NCBI RefSeq assembly: GCF_009914755.1
Contig: NC_060932.1
Length of the DNA stretch: 64,000 nt
Strand: one strand, 5' to 3'
From: the human T2T-CHM13v2.0 reference genome, Homo sapiens
Positions 23,102 through 34,631 of this stretch are shown piece by piece (the stretch's first letter is position 1; each line of letters starts with the position of its first letter). Position numbers and translations under genes: made by a program. Below the pieces are notes generated by a model. The model was not told the DNA's origin and ran no database searches. It saw only the letters and a program-made list of their open reading frames with translations.

Positions 23102-25109
23102 CAGCAGACTGTATTTTCTTGAATATCTGCATCTTGTATGCATCCTGTCTCTACCCTACTTTAGAAATAGCCACCATATCTGAGCAACACAGTAAAAAGA
23201 TCTTTTTTCATGACTCAGGAAAAGAGAATCTTAAAAGCACCCAAATCTAAGGACCTGTTTTTAAAAATTACTTGACATTGATTGTCAGAAGAAAAAAAAG
23301 AAACAATAAAATTCATGGAAAGTATTGAAAAGTTAACCATTCCCATTTCATTTTTATGAGTATATAAAATAAGATAAATAATGCCTATGGGTAACAAGAT
23401 TGTATATCAATTTAAGGTACAAAAAAGCTTTTTCACGTATGTATTTAGACCAAATGGAAGCTATGAAGATGCCAAAACAATAAATACTCATCTTTAAAAG
23501 TGTGCATTTATATATCTTTCTTAATTATTTGGAATGTATCAGATAGATAAGGATATAGTCTTATATATATCTGCTAATTACAGCAGTGTACATAGAATTC
23601 TGGAATGTCACAGAAATCAGAGTAAGCTAAGCAATAGTACCCAGAAAAAAAGAAAAGGAAAGCAATCAATAGATGGCTATTAAATATTATTTTCAAGTAG
23701 TACTGGTTTCAGCATCAAATTTAATATCTGTAGTTCACAAAGGATTAAAGAGGCCAGTCTAGTTAAACACTCTAACTCATGCCCCATCCCAGAATACCTC
23801 TGAATGTAGCCTCACTTTCCTTGGCCAACCTCACTGACAAGGCTGAATGGCCTTATGCTTGATCCTGGGCACTTTAAGGTATGGTTTTCTAGGTTGGTCT
23901 GTGCCTTTATTAGCCTATTGGTTATCTTAGTTTTGATTTGGGGATTTCAATGTCTGACCAGCATATTTTCAATTGATTCCTTTACATGCTTTATGGAATT
24001 AATTTTTCTTCCCAGGAACAGAATTATAATGAACCCTTCATTGCTCCGAAATCATGTTGTTGGTGTACAACAGGCTATCTACATATTTCTAGAAAGATAA
24101 TGGCTCCATGTAGCCCACTCACTTGTTTTTGTTGTTTTTCTTTTTTACTCTTGTAGCAAGTCTTTGTGTCAATTTTCAGAAGTATATGTACTGTACATTA
24201 GATTCTGTCCAACAAGCTCTCCCTGTGCAGTGATCCCTCGTATCATTGCTACAAATTGTCAGTGCCCCAGTGAAATGAAGATATTGATTTCTCCATAACT
24301 CCCTTCACCACCTCCATAGGAGTCTCTTTCTGTGGATTCAGAAAACGCATTAAAACCCCATGCTGTCATGAGGTAGATTAATGCCCTTGTGTCACAGCTC
24401 TCCTTGGAAACTGCATCAAACACCAAGCATTAGAACTGAATTAGGAGCCACGGAGACTTTTGAGCGTCTCAAGATTGCCACTCTCTTCTGTCCCACGTGA
24501 ACAATAGATCCATTTGCAAATAGAGTCATGAAAATGAAAATGCCTGGGGACAGGAATGCACAGATGCCCTTGGGTCAGGTCCTCACACACTAAGCAGAGT
24601 GGACTGTCGTGTGGATAGTGAATTAGGCAGCATAATCAAACTGGGTAAGAAAGGCAGAGAACTGGCGATGTCAGATACCTGAAAATGCTTTTGAAATGTA
24701 ACACAATAAATGATGTATAAGAAAAGAACTGACTTACCTGAGTGACTTCTTGTCGCATCAGAGGTTCCTTTATCCTGAAACTTTATCTAATACCTGCTTC
24801 CTGATGTCAGCTTTCTGGGATAACAGCTTTTGCTACTTCCTGGCTAAAACTTCATTACTTGCTTGTTATTCCTTGGAACTGATCTTCACTCAGGGCTGCC
24901 TGATAAACCTCTCAGTTGAGCTTATTACCTGCCTTTGTATTTTTATTAGTAAGTTATCATGTCCCTAATTTTAGACCAGAACCCTTTAAGCAGACTTGGC
25001 ATTTCTGCCACCATATAAACCATTTCTCTCTGCTTTCCTTATAATAAAAAGAGCTTCACCTTCTAGACTGAGAGACAGTGTCCATTCTTTCCTTTAAGAA
25101 CAGAAATAA

Positions 25110-25407
25110 GGCCGGGTGCAGTGGCTAATGGCTATAATCCCAACACTTTGGGTGGTCAATGTGGGAGGACTGCTTGAGCCCAGGAGTTCAAGGTCAGCCT
25201 GGGAAACATAGGGAGACCCTGTCTCTACAAAATAATAATAATAATAATAAATTAGCTGGGTGTGGTGGTATGCTCCTGTGGTCCCAGCTACTTGGGAGGC
25301 TGAGGTAGGAAGATCACTTAAATTGGGGAGGTTGAGACTGTAGTTATAGCACGACTATACTCCAGCCTAGGTGACAGATGAGACCCTATCTCAAAAGCAA
25401 ACAAACA
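25110..25407 (+). mobile_element. AluJ with (AAT)n middle tract
   Basis: J diagnostics (gcttgagcccaggagttc, catagggagaccc); TSD aagaacagaaataa/aagaataaaaataa. Confidence 0.93.
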
Positions 25408-25564
25408 AAGAATAAAAATAACATATTTTTAAGGACTATATTTGAGTAGCACAGACCATAGATGATGATAATGACTATGAAAATCCCAATTACCTATTCA
25501 TTAAAATAAAAACGTTAAAATAATTTAAATTATGTGGACATCAAGTACTTTAAAGCAATTGATT

Positions 25565-25730
25565 ATTTTGTTCTTATTTATTCTGGTATTTCATTAAAGT
25601 AATATAGGCATGTGGTGAAACATCAAATAAGGCAAAAAGATTTGGAATGAAAAGCAAGTTTCTCCCTTTTACTATTGCCCCACCTCATCCTGGCCCATTC
25701 CCTCATCCATGTCCCCAAGCCAATCACATA
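25565..25730 (-). mobile_element. Old L1ME-type 3' fragment
   Basis: aaagtaatataggcatgtggtgaaacatcaaa...aatgaaaagcaagtttctccc. Confidence 0.45.
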
Positions 25731-28152
25731 TGATTTTGGGGAGCTTTAGTTCCTTTGGTGTTTTTGCCAACCCCTTTAAATGATGAATTCCATCTGCAGT
25801 TTCCTTATTATTGACCTCAGGATTCAACTATTGGCCATGTGTTATGATAACCAGGGGAAGCCTACTTAAGCCACACAGATCCATTACTTCTTTATTTTTA
25901 ATCCAAAAAATTACAGCTCTATTCCCAGTTCCTTTGAGGTTACCTCTGATTCCATCAATGTTTTCCAATTTTGACTCGCACAATTGTAAGTTATTTTAAA
26001 TCTTCAAATGTGACAGAGGATATTTTTTCTTATTTGTATATATTTGTCTTAGAATGAAATTTTATTTTTGGCAATTGCAACACTTCAGGACAACTTTTGA
26101 AGCATACCTATAATTGCATTACAACACGGAATGTGAGTAAATAAAATTGAAGCTTGATTAAAATGAGGGCTGGAATGCAAAAGTTAAATAAAGAGCTTAA
26201 ATGGTGAAAAAAACAAATTGGATTTCTAAACTTACTTTCACTTTGATCATCGAAGGTGTTATATATTACATTTTGATAGCTCAGAGAGTGACTCAAGTGG
26301 TAAATTTATAGAGTATCATTCCATTTAAATGAACAGCAGGATGTATTTGCAGAAACAGATTAATGTTTCTTGGAAATTTATTAACACCTGCTTGTTTTTC
26401 TACACTCCCGTTGCTATGCGGTTTTTCTATCTATCATATGTAAATTCCATTCTTATTTTTTAAAATAAAAGGTAATTAAACTGAAAGATCTGTTTCACAC
26501 ATTACAGCTAGTGAGGAGCGCAGTAAAACGTAGCCTGTGCCCCGTTGTTAAGAAGGATGATGAGGCATTTTGGAAAGCCTGAGTGTAGAACCCAAGAAGG
26601 CAGCAGAAAATGATTGTTTCTTCTTTCTCACTCACTATTAAGTAGGTACATTGGCTACATCTACCCAAATTGAAAAGGAGAAGAATTCTCCCATGGAGTT
26701 TGCTGCCTCCACAGCGGCTGATAAGGAAGGTTTTGGAGATATTCAAAAATCAGTGTGATGAGGTGGGAATGAGTGAGAAGGGGTTTCTCTCCCAAGCACC
26801 TAAATGACCCAGCATTCCCCTGGGAGTACAGAACAGACCCTGCTGGACCTGGGTACCCATCTCTCTGCCACCTTGTTTACTATCATGTTCTTGGTGCCAG
26901 ATATGCAATCAGGCACAGCCTCACTCCAGTTAACAGATTAATGCCTGGTCTTTGTTCACTCTCACAATCCTTAGGACAGTGGAGGTGGGGGTTGTCTCAC
27001 TATGAACTTTTGGAAATTCTTAATTCTCAAATCGAGAGCAGAATATAGTTCAACCTTTTTTTTTGTGATGCTTTCCTGAATCTTTAACATTGGAAGTGGA
27101 ATATACAATTTCATCCCTCTACATCTTATGTTACCCCTAAATTTACCTGGGATCTTTTCTTTTTCTCTTAAAATGAAATTAAATAAACAATTTAAGGACA
27201 GAGACCCCCCTTTAAAATTTTGGTCTAAGGAGGCTACTTGTGTAATTGAAAGTGTATATTGTCTGCACCGATTTTTTTTTGAAAGGACATTGTTTGACCT
27301 AAACCTAAACACACCATACAATATGGTACATGGTATGATGCCAACCTATGACATATAGCTAAGTCAAGAAGGCTGAACTTTTTAAAGCTTCCACAATCCT
27401 ATTTTATAATTAGTTACTCTCCTTTTAGGTTTGGTTACAAAAGATGAGTTTGTAACCAGAACAGTCAATACTTTGAAGTGGATGAAAAATCTAGAGTCTG
27501 AGAAACCCAGCATGTTGTTCAGAAGAGGCACCACAGATGGAAGCCAAATGAATTAAACTAGACCAGGTACCAGATAAACCGAGAGTCAGGAGCCAGGTAT
27601 TAAAGGCAGATCAGGCAGAAATTTAGCATCATGATTAAATGATAATCCCCACCCTGTCTAACCTAGATCTTCATGACTCCAAAGCCCACACTGTGCCTCT
27701 CCTTAACCTTGCAGTTAAACACTCGCAAGAGATCAACTACAAATGTTTTTCCTTCCGCTGATTTTGCTGGGTGTTCTATTCACAACAACAACAAAATGCA
27801 ATTGTAAATGCTGCATTATTATATTCGGTGGATAAACTATGGACCCAAATGAATGAGAAATACTTTAGTTAATGTAATAAGCTGGGTGGTTTGCAGCCTT
27901 GACCTTTCTCAGCATTGCTAGAAGCGCTTGCTTTGGAACTCATGGAATCTGAAAGGGCCACCCACAAAACAGCTCTTCTATGAGGATCACACAGCAGTGG
28001 TCAGGACCCTCCTGAAGTTCTCATAGCTTTGTAACCTGACAGCTGCCCTCATTTCCTGCAACTGCTGAATACTGAATACATACTGAGCACCTCCTATCCA
28101 GCATGCTCCCTCCACACCTTCCACCCCTCCTTCCTCTTTCTTTCTCTCTCTC

Positions 28153-28200
28153 TTTTTTTTTTTTTTCCTGAGACAGAGTCTTGCTCTGTCACCCAGGCTG
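28153..28200 (-). mobile_element. Alu 3' stub (~30 bp plus tail)
   Basis: poly(T) then tgagacagagtcttgctctgtcacccaggctg, then unrelated sequence. Confidence 0.9.
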
Positions 28201-28826
28201 CCTTGCTCACCCTAGTTCTATACTCATTCTTGCAAATATAAATTATAATATTCATTTTGGGGTGGCAAGGATCCTCACTCTCTGACAGTATGTTTCTAAA
28301 GGTGTGTTCTGACATCTCATGCACAGGGTCTATCTCCACTTTGCACATGTCTTCTCTTCACTGCTGTCCACACTGACATGGGTTCCTTCCCTTCTAGTTG
28401 CTTTTGGAAGCCCTTATATGCATATTGGTGTCTGAGGATTAGATCTGCTTCTAGACTCATTGAAATGGGTTCCTTTCCTTAAAAAATTCCAGTTATTGTT
28501 TCTGCATGATTTCTAGGAGTTTAAAGAAGAGATGATGAATTTTGCAGCCAAATTCATAAAAGAAATTCTACAAAAGTTATTTCAAAGGGAAAAGGTTCAG
28601 GACTTGTGAATGAATGGGGGAAAGGAACAAAAAAGTAAGCAAGAAAAAAAAAGAGGCATGTTGAATTAGTGTTAACTATGAGCAATAATTACTTTCTTCA
28701 TATTTTATTAACTAATTCATTTACAATTGGCATGAAATGATAAGTAGGAATTTTTCCTCACTTATTCTTTTGCATGAAAAATCTGTTTTAATATTATTGG
28801 TATTTTACCTAAAAAGAAACTGAAGA

Positions 28827-29883
28827 TGACAAGGGGCTAATACCCAGAATACACAAGGAACTCAAATAATTCAACAGCAAAAAAAAACCATATAATCCAA
28901 CACAAACAAACAAATAAAAAGTGGGGACATGAATAGAGATTTCTCAAAAGAAGACAGACAAATGGCCGGCAGCTATTTGAAAAAATGATCAACATCACTA
29001 ATCATCAGGGAAATGCAAATCAAAACCACAACGAGATATCATCTCACCCCAGTTAGAATGGCTATTATCAAAAAGACAAGAAATAACAACTGCTGGCAAG
29101 GATGCAGAGAAAAGGGAATGATTTTGGGTTGGGAATGTAAATTAGTACGGGCATTATAAAAAATAATATGGTGGTTTCTCAAAAAACTAAAAAGGGAACT
29201 ATCATAAAATCTGGCAATCCCACTACTGGGTATTTACCCAAAGGAAAGGAAATCAATATATCAAAGGAATACCTGCACCTCCATGTTTACTGCAGCACCA
29301 TTCACAATAGCCAAGATATGGAATCAACCTAAAGATCCACCAATGGATGCATGGATAAAGAAAATGAGATAGATATATACAAGGGAATACTATTTAGCCA
29401 TAAAAAAAATCCTACCATTTACAGCAACATAGATGAAATTAGAGGTCATTATGGTAAGTGAAATAAGCCAGGTATAGAAAGACAAATATCACATGTTCTC
29501 ATTCATATGTGGAAGCTTAAAGTAGATCTCTTTGAGGTAGAGAGTAGAGGCTTGGGGATGGTGGGAGGGGGATGAAGAAAGGTTGGTAAATGGGCACAAA
29601 CACAGAGTTAGATAGAAGGAGCAAGTTCTGGTGTTCAATGGCACAGTCGCATGACTATAGTTAGCTAACATTTATTGTGTATCTCAAAATAACTAGAAGA
29701 AAAGATTTGAAGTATCTCAACACAAAGAAATAATAAATAATTGAAATGGTGGATATCCTAAATATCCTGATTTGATCACTATATAGTAGTATATGCATGT
29801 ATCAAAATATCACATCTGCCATAAACATGCACAATTATTGTGCATCAATAAAAATATCTTAATAAATTAACTTAATTTTTTTA
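28827..29883 (+). mobile_element. 5'-truncated L1MA (MA3/MA4-like): ORF2 end plus 3'UTR
   Basis: ttctcaaaagaagaca...gaaatgcaaatcaaaaccaca...caatcccactactgggtat; 16-bp TSD aaaaagaa(a/g)ctgaaga at 28811-28826 and 29884-29899. Confidence 0.93.
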
Positions 29884-30239
29884 AAAAAGAAGCTGAAGAC
29901 ATAAGTTAACAGAGATGATAGTGCCTGTGCTCACCATACTCCACTAACTTTCAAACTCTTTCATGTACAAAAATGTCATATAAAATGGAAACATTTTCTT
30001 CAAAGAAATATTTACTATCTATAGTTTACCAAAAACTGTTCAAGCTTCCCAGAATAGCCAACTGAATGGCCATAATTTACTGGTCCATCTGTATTTCACA
30101 CTATTCCCATTAATTAATTGAAACACTTCCTGATATCCTGCCAGATATCATTCTCCCTGCCATGTGCCCAAGCTGGTAGCAAACTGAGTATTCACTGTGT
30201 TCAATGTACTTGTCCTGCCCCTGGGCAGAAGTTGATGCC

Positions 30240-30445
30240 AGCCTTGCATCTTTCTATGGCCTCCCAACATTTTCCACACTGCCTGATAAAATAGTGCCCA
30301 TTCTTCAAGGCCCATTTCAAAGTCCATTTTCTGCAAAAGTCTCTGCTGAGCCTTCCTTTGCTGTCAATTCAAAGGATCACCTTTGCAAAATATTAGTTGC
30401 ATGGGAAATATTTCAATAATTTATTGAATAATCTGAATACAAATA
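30240..30445 (+). mobile_element. L2 3' fragment
   Basis: gcctgataaa...cattcttcaaggcccatttcaaa...tcaataatttattgaataatctgaat. Confidence 0.5.
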
Positions 30446-30447
30446 AG

Positions 30448-30684
30448 CATTTGAAGACATATGACTTGCGATTAGATCCAAGAAAGCTTGAAGAGATTTG
30501 TAAATCTTTTGTATGGTTGTGGCAGCTGATACCAGAATAGAAAATAACTCTTTGAGGAATGCAGTGTAGGAGTAAAAAGCACAGGGGCTATAGCCTGAGG
30601 AAACACGGTGATCTACCCCAAGACTCAGGTAGGCATACAGATATTGACATCAGATATTCAGGAATGAGAGAGTCAAGAGCACTG
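30448..30684. repeat. Copy A of an ancient local direct duplication (copy B at 32390-32625)
   Basis: Hand alignment gives ~80% identity with one 1-nt gap. Confidence 0.92.
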
Positions 30685-31322
30685 CAGGTGTTCTTTTCCT
30701 GGTCTGATCATAGTGAGGAAAATATTTCTTTTTGTGGGTGGCTATTTGGAATGCTCTTTCTCATTATAATAATATCTTCTATTAAAAATCACAGCATCAA
30801 TACAACTCATAATGGCACTTTTTCTTCAAGATTGCTTCTAAGTTCGTGCATGAAGTCTGGAGGAGCCACTTAAAAGATTTTGCCATGATAATCACCAAGG
30901 AGACCAGTGCCTGGGTATCATTTGAGGAAGGAAATAAGAAAGGTTTATTTAGTTTGGAATATCATGATATGTTAGAAAAAATAACATTTAGGTGATTGTT
31001 CACATTCTCTTTCTCCTTCTTTAAGCTCCAAGAAGAACTCCATCTCTGCCTGATTAATTTCTAAGGTTTTATTGTGTAGAATTGGGGTAATGGATGACAG
31101 GCACAATATAAAAACTTGATCTGATTGATCCATACTGGCAAGGACAGAGTTATTTATAGATAAGACCATGAGATGGGGATAGGGCGGTAATAAGAAAAGC
31201 AGTATCTAGTATGTGCTGTGTTTGAGGGAGAGTTTGGGAGAGTTTTGAGACAGAAGGAGGGATATTTGGTTAGCCACCATGACATGATTTCCAAAGATTC
31301 AGGTAATACATGGATGAAGGAA

Positions 31323-31563
31323 TTTTTAAATTTTTTTTTTAATTTTGAATTCAGGAGGTACATGTGCAGATTTGTTAAAAGTGTGGTTTCCGTGATGCTA
31401 AGGTTTGGGCCGCTATTAAAACTCTTGTCCAAATAGTGAACATAGTATCCAGTAGAAGATTTTCAGCCCTTGCCCTCTTTCTTTTGGAGTCCCCAGAGTC
31501 CATTGTTCCCATTTTTATGTCCCTGTGGACCCAATGTTTAGCTCCCACTTATAAGTGGGAACA
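31323..31563 (-). mobile_element. L1PA (PA15/16-like) 3'UTR and poly(A); non-inverted part of a twin-primed insertion
   Basis: poly(T), ttcaggaggtacatgtgcagatttgtt...ttttggagtcccca...tttagctcccacttataagtgggaaca. Confidence 0.9.
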
Positions 31564-31566
31564 CCT

Positions 31567-32162
31567 TTGAAACAAGTAATAAAAAACCTACTAACCAAAA
31601 AAGTCCTGGGCCAGATGGATTCACAGCTGAATTCTACCAGACATACAAACAAGAGCTGGTACCAGTCCTACTGAAATTATTCCAAATAATTGAGGAGGAG
31701 GGAATCCTCCTTCTAACTTGTTCTATGAAACCAGTAACATCCTGATACCAAAACCTGGCAAAGACACAACAAAAAAAGAAAAAAGCAAGTCAATAGCCCT
31801 GATGAACATAGACGCAAAAATCCTCAACAAAATACTAGCAAATAGAGTCAAGCAGCACATCAAAAAAGGTTAATTCATCATGATCAAGTAGGCTTTATTC
31901 CTGGGATGCAAGGTTGGTACAACATACACAAATCAATACATGTGATTCACCACATAAGCAGAATTAAAAACAAAAACCATATGATGTCTCAGTAGACACT
32001 GAAAAAACATTTGATAATATCCAACATCCCTTCATGATAAAAACCCTCAACAAACCAGGTATTGAAGGAACATACCTCAAAATAATAAGAGCCATCTATG
32101 ATGAATCCACAGCCAACATCATACTAAATGGGCAAAAGATGGAAGTATTCCCCTTGAGAAGT
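31567..32162 (+). mobile_element. L1 ORF2 reverse-transcriptase fragment; inverted part of the same insertion (frameshifted)
   Basis: Translates [36 protein letters not shown] ... [11 protein letters not shown], matching L1 ORF2p. Confidence 0.93.
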
Positions 32163-32289
32163 AAAGGGAATTTTAAGAGAATTTTTGCTGTTTGTTATTA
32201 AGGAAACTTTTCTTTTGTCTGTTTTGTAGTGACTGTGCTATTTGGATTACTTTTAAAATGCTTTTGGATGTCAAAACTATTTTTTTCTT

Positions 32290-32950
32290 TCCTGAATGTG
32301 ACAGTAGATGTGCCAGTTTCATAGCAGTTCCATTTAGGTTGCTGTGTTTGGGTTAACAGAGATATATAAATGCAGAAATGTCTTATAGACATTTAGAGAT
32401 ATATGACCTGAGTTTAGATCAGAGAAGGCTTGGAGAGATTTATAAATCTTTGTATGGTTGTGGCAGCTGACACTAGGGGAAGAAAGAGCTCTTTGAGGAA
32501 TATAGTGCAGGAGCAAAAAGCACAGGGGCTAAAGCCTAAAGAAATGCAGTGATCTACACCAAGACTTGGTTAGACATAGAGATACTGACATTAGATATTT
32601 AGGAATGAAAAGGTAAGGTGCACTGTGGTTGGCTGAATAGGAATTTCAAGAAAATAGGCTTCATAAGGGTGACTGAGAAATGCAATCTTACCAAAATAGA
32701 CTGAATATTTGGAGTATGATATCAAAGCAACAGGATGTGAGCAAGGAAACAGAAAACCCATAGGCAAGAACTGTGATAGTCTTTAAAGAGGAGAGTGGTG
32801 CCAATAGAAAGTGGCTACCAGCTACTTACCCGAATAGAGCAACTCTGTTTACCTGAATAAAGTAACAACTGGCATAGCTGTGTCAAGCTTTGTGAGGAAG
32901 ATCTTTAAGGGGCAAGTTATTGAAATGAGGGTAGACAAAATGGAGGCTAT
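32290..32950 (-). mobile_element. Degraded L2 containing duplication copy B
   Basis: L2-antisense-like agacatttagagatat..gacctgagtttag...ggaatatagtgcaggag...ggggctaaagcct. Confidence 0.5.
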
Positions 32951-32974
32951 GTCAGGACCTGGGGACACAAGATA

Positions 32975-33126
32975 TTCATCAGCTGAAATGGCAGATTAAG
33001 GGCCTCTGAAACTCCACTTCCCTATAAAAACAATGAGAACACTGGCAAAAATGGGCAGAATCAACTTTTTCAGAAACCTGGAAAGTAATCAAAGACTTGC
33101 AAAAATCTGAGGAGTATTTATTCAAG
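32975..33126 (+). mobile_element. L1M (M4-type) 5' end fragment
   Basis: actggcaaaaatgggcagaatcaactttttcagaaacctggaaagtaatcaaagacttgca...tttattcaag. Confidence 0.6.
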
Positions 33127-33584
33127 GATCTAGGAAGACCTGCTGTCCCTTACTCAACTCAGGATTTCTCTGAGTTTCTCTCTGGAAGCACTAACACTAT
33201 CAGGGTACAACAGGGGCTCTGCTCTGTGTTTCATAACAACCAAATCCACTGAGTCCCCAGCTACATCTCTGAATCTTTCCCTGAAAGGGGTTTTACTTGT
33301 GTCCAAATAAAAGAGCTCAGGAGAGTACAAAATTCTAGAACTATGATAATGTAATCCAGAATAAAGAATGGGCGGGGGTGAGATGGGGACTTGTTTGTAC
33401 AGAATAAATAAATTTGAAGAAATATACTTTATAACAAAAAAATGTAATTTAATGTTTCCTATGAAGTTAATTCTATCCTAAGAGTTTTCTAATCTTTGAA
33501 GACACGCTCAAACCCAAGATTTTTATGACTATTAAAATTCCTGAGTTGCATTAGATATTAATATACTATTTTCCCCAAAATGTA

Positions 33585-33745
33585 TAAGTTACTTTATATT
33601 TTTATAAAGTGTGTTCCCATGCAGGATTTTTTAATCCTCATGACATTTCTTTGAGGAAGGTGATATGATTTCCATTTTAAAGGTGAGCAAAATAACATTC
33701 AAGGAGATCATGGAATTTGCCTAAGGTCTCCAAGCCAGAGAATGC
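33585..33745 (-). mobile_element. MIR SINE
   Basis: ttaatcctcatgaca...tccattttaaaggtgagcaaa...tttgcctaaggtctc. Confidence 0.75.
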
Positions 33746-34112
33746 TAACCAGACCATTCTCAACATCTGCTCCTCAAGTTTTTTGTCTCCTTTTCTTCCT
33801 GCTCCCTTTCCTTCTTTTTAAATATTTTAAATATTTTTTCTTTTAAATATTTTAAATATTTAAATATTAAGGTTTAAGAGGCATGCATTCATAATCATCA
33901 TTCGGGTCAAGAAATAAAACATTACCAGAGCCTCAGAGGCCCCTTGCTGTCAATCTCTCAATCATTACCCTCTCACTCTCCCCAAAGATAGCTACTATCA
34001 ATGTATATTGCAATACCTCCTTTACCTCTTTACCACCTAAGCATTCATTCCTAAAGACTGTGTGTTTGTACTTGATATACATAGAATCACTATATATGTC
34101 TGTATATGTACC

Positions 34113-34115
<3 letters not shown>

Positions 34116-34146
<31 letters not shown>
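34116..34146. repeat. (CA)15 microsatellite
   Basis: Direct. Confidence 0.95.
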
Positions 34147-34150
<4 letters not shown>

Positions 34151-34152
<2 letters not shown>

Positions 34153-34223
34153 GGTTGAGTACATCTTAGCCTAAATGCTTGAGACCAGAAGTATTTCAGA
34201 TTTTTTGCAAGTTTTGGAATATA
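34151..34223. mobile_element. Tigger4/MER46 (Zombi) terminal fragment
   Basis: TA|caggttgagt...aaatgcttgagaccagaagtatttcagatttt...ttttggaata. Confidence 0.8.
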
Positions 34224-34297
34224 CCCACTTTTGTTAAGTGCCTGTAACAGCTGCTTCCCCATTTTTCTACTTGGTTGTATTTTTCTTATTAGTTTAT

Positions 34298-34631
34298 AGT
34301 CTTAACTGACTTGGACCACTATAACAAAACACCATAGACTGGGTGGCTTAAATAACAGACATTTATTTCCAACAGTTCTAGAGTCAGGGAAGTAAAAGAC
34401 CAAGGTTCCAGCTGGTTCAGTGAGGGCTCTCTTCCTCACAAGACAGAGAGAGAGAACCTCTGGGCTCTCTTCTTCTTATAAGGACACTGATCGAAGCATC
34501 TCACCCAACTACTCATGACCTCATCCAAACCTAATTATGAACCAAAGATCTCACCTCCAAATCTATCACACTGGGGACTAAAATTTCAACATACAAATTT
34601 GGGAAGGACACAAACATTCAGTGACTAAAAA
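34298..34631 (-). mobile_element. MLT1A-like LTR inserted in L1ME
   Basis: ctataacaaaacaccatagactgggtggcttaaataacagacatttattt...tcttataaggacact...ggacacaaacattcagt. Confidence 0.88.

Noticed and set aside
31567-32162. Reverse-transcriptase coding sequence as a functional CDS
   Set aside because: Frameshifted ~600-bp L1 ORF2 fragment lacking the catalytic FADD region
30448-32625. Direct repeats flanking an RT fragment read as an LTR retroelement
   Set aside because: The repeats lack TG...CA ends, PBS/PPT and a TSD; the RT is L1-type with its own TSD
33816-33870. (TTTAAATA)n self-complementary run
   Set aside because: Low-complexity AT sequence at the tail of an antisense L1, so symmetry is expected
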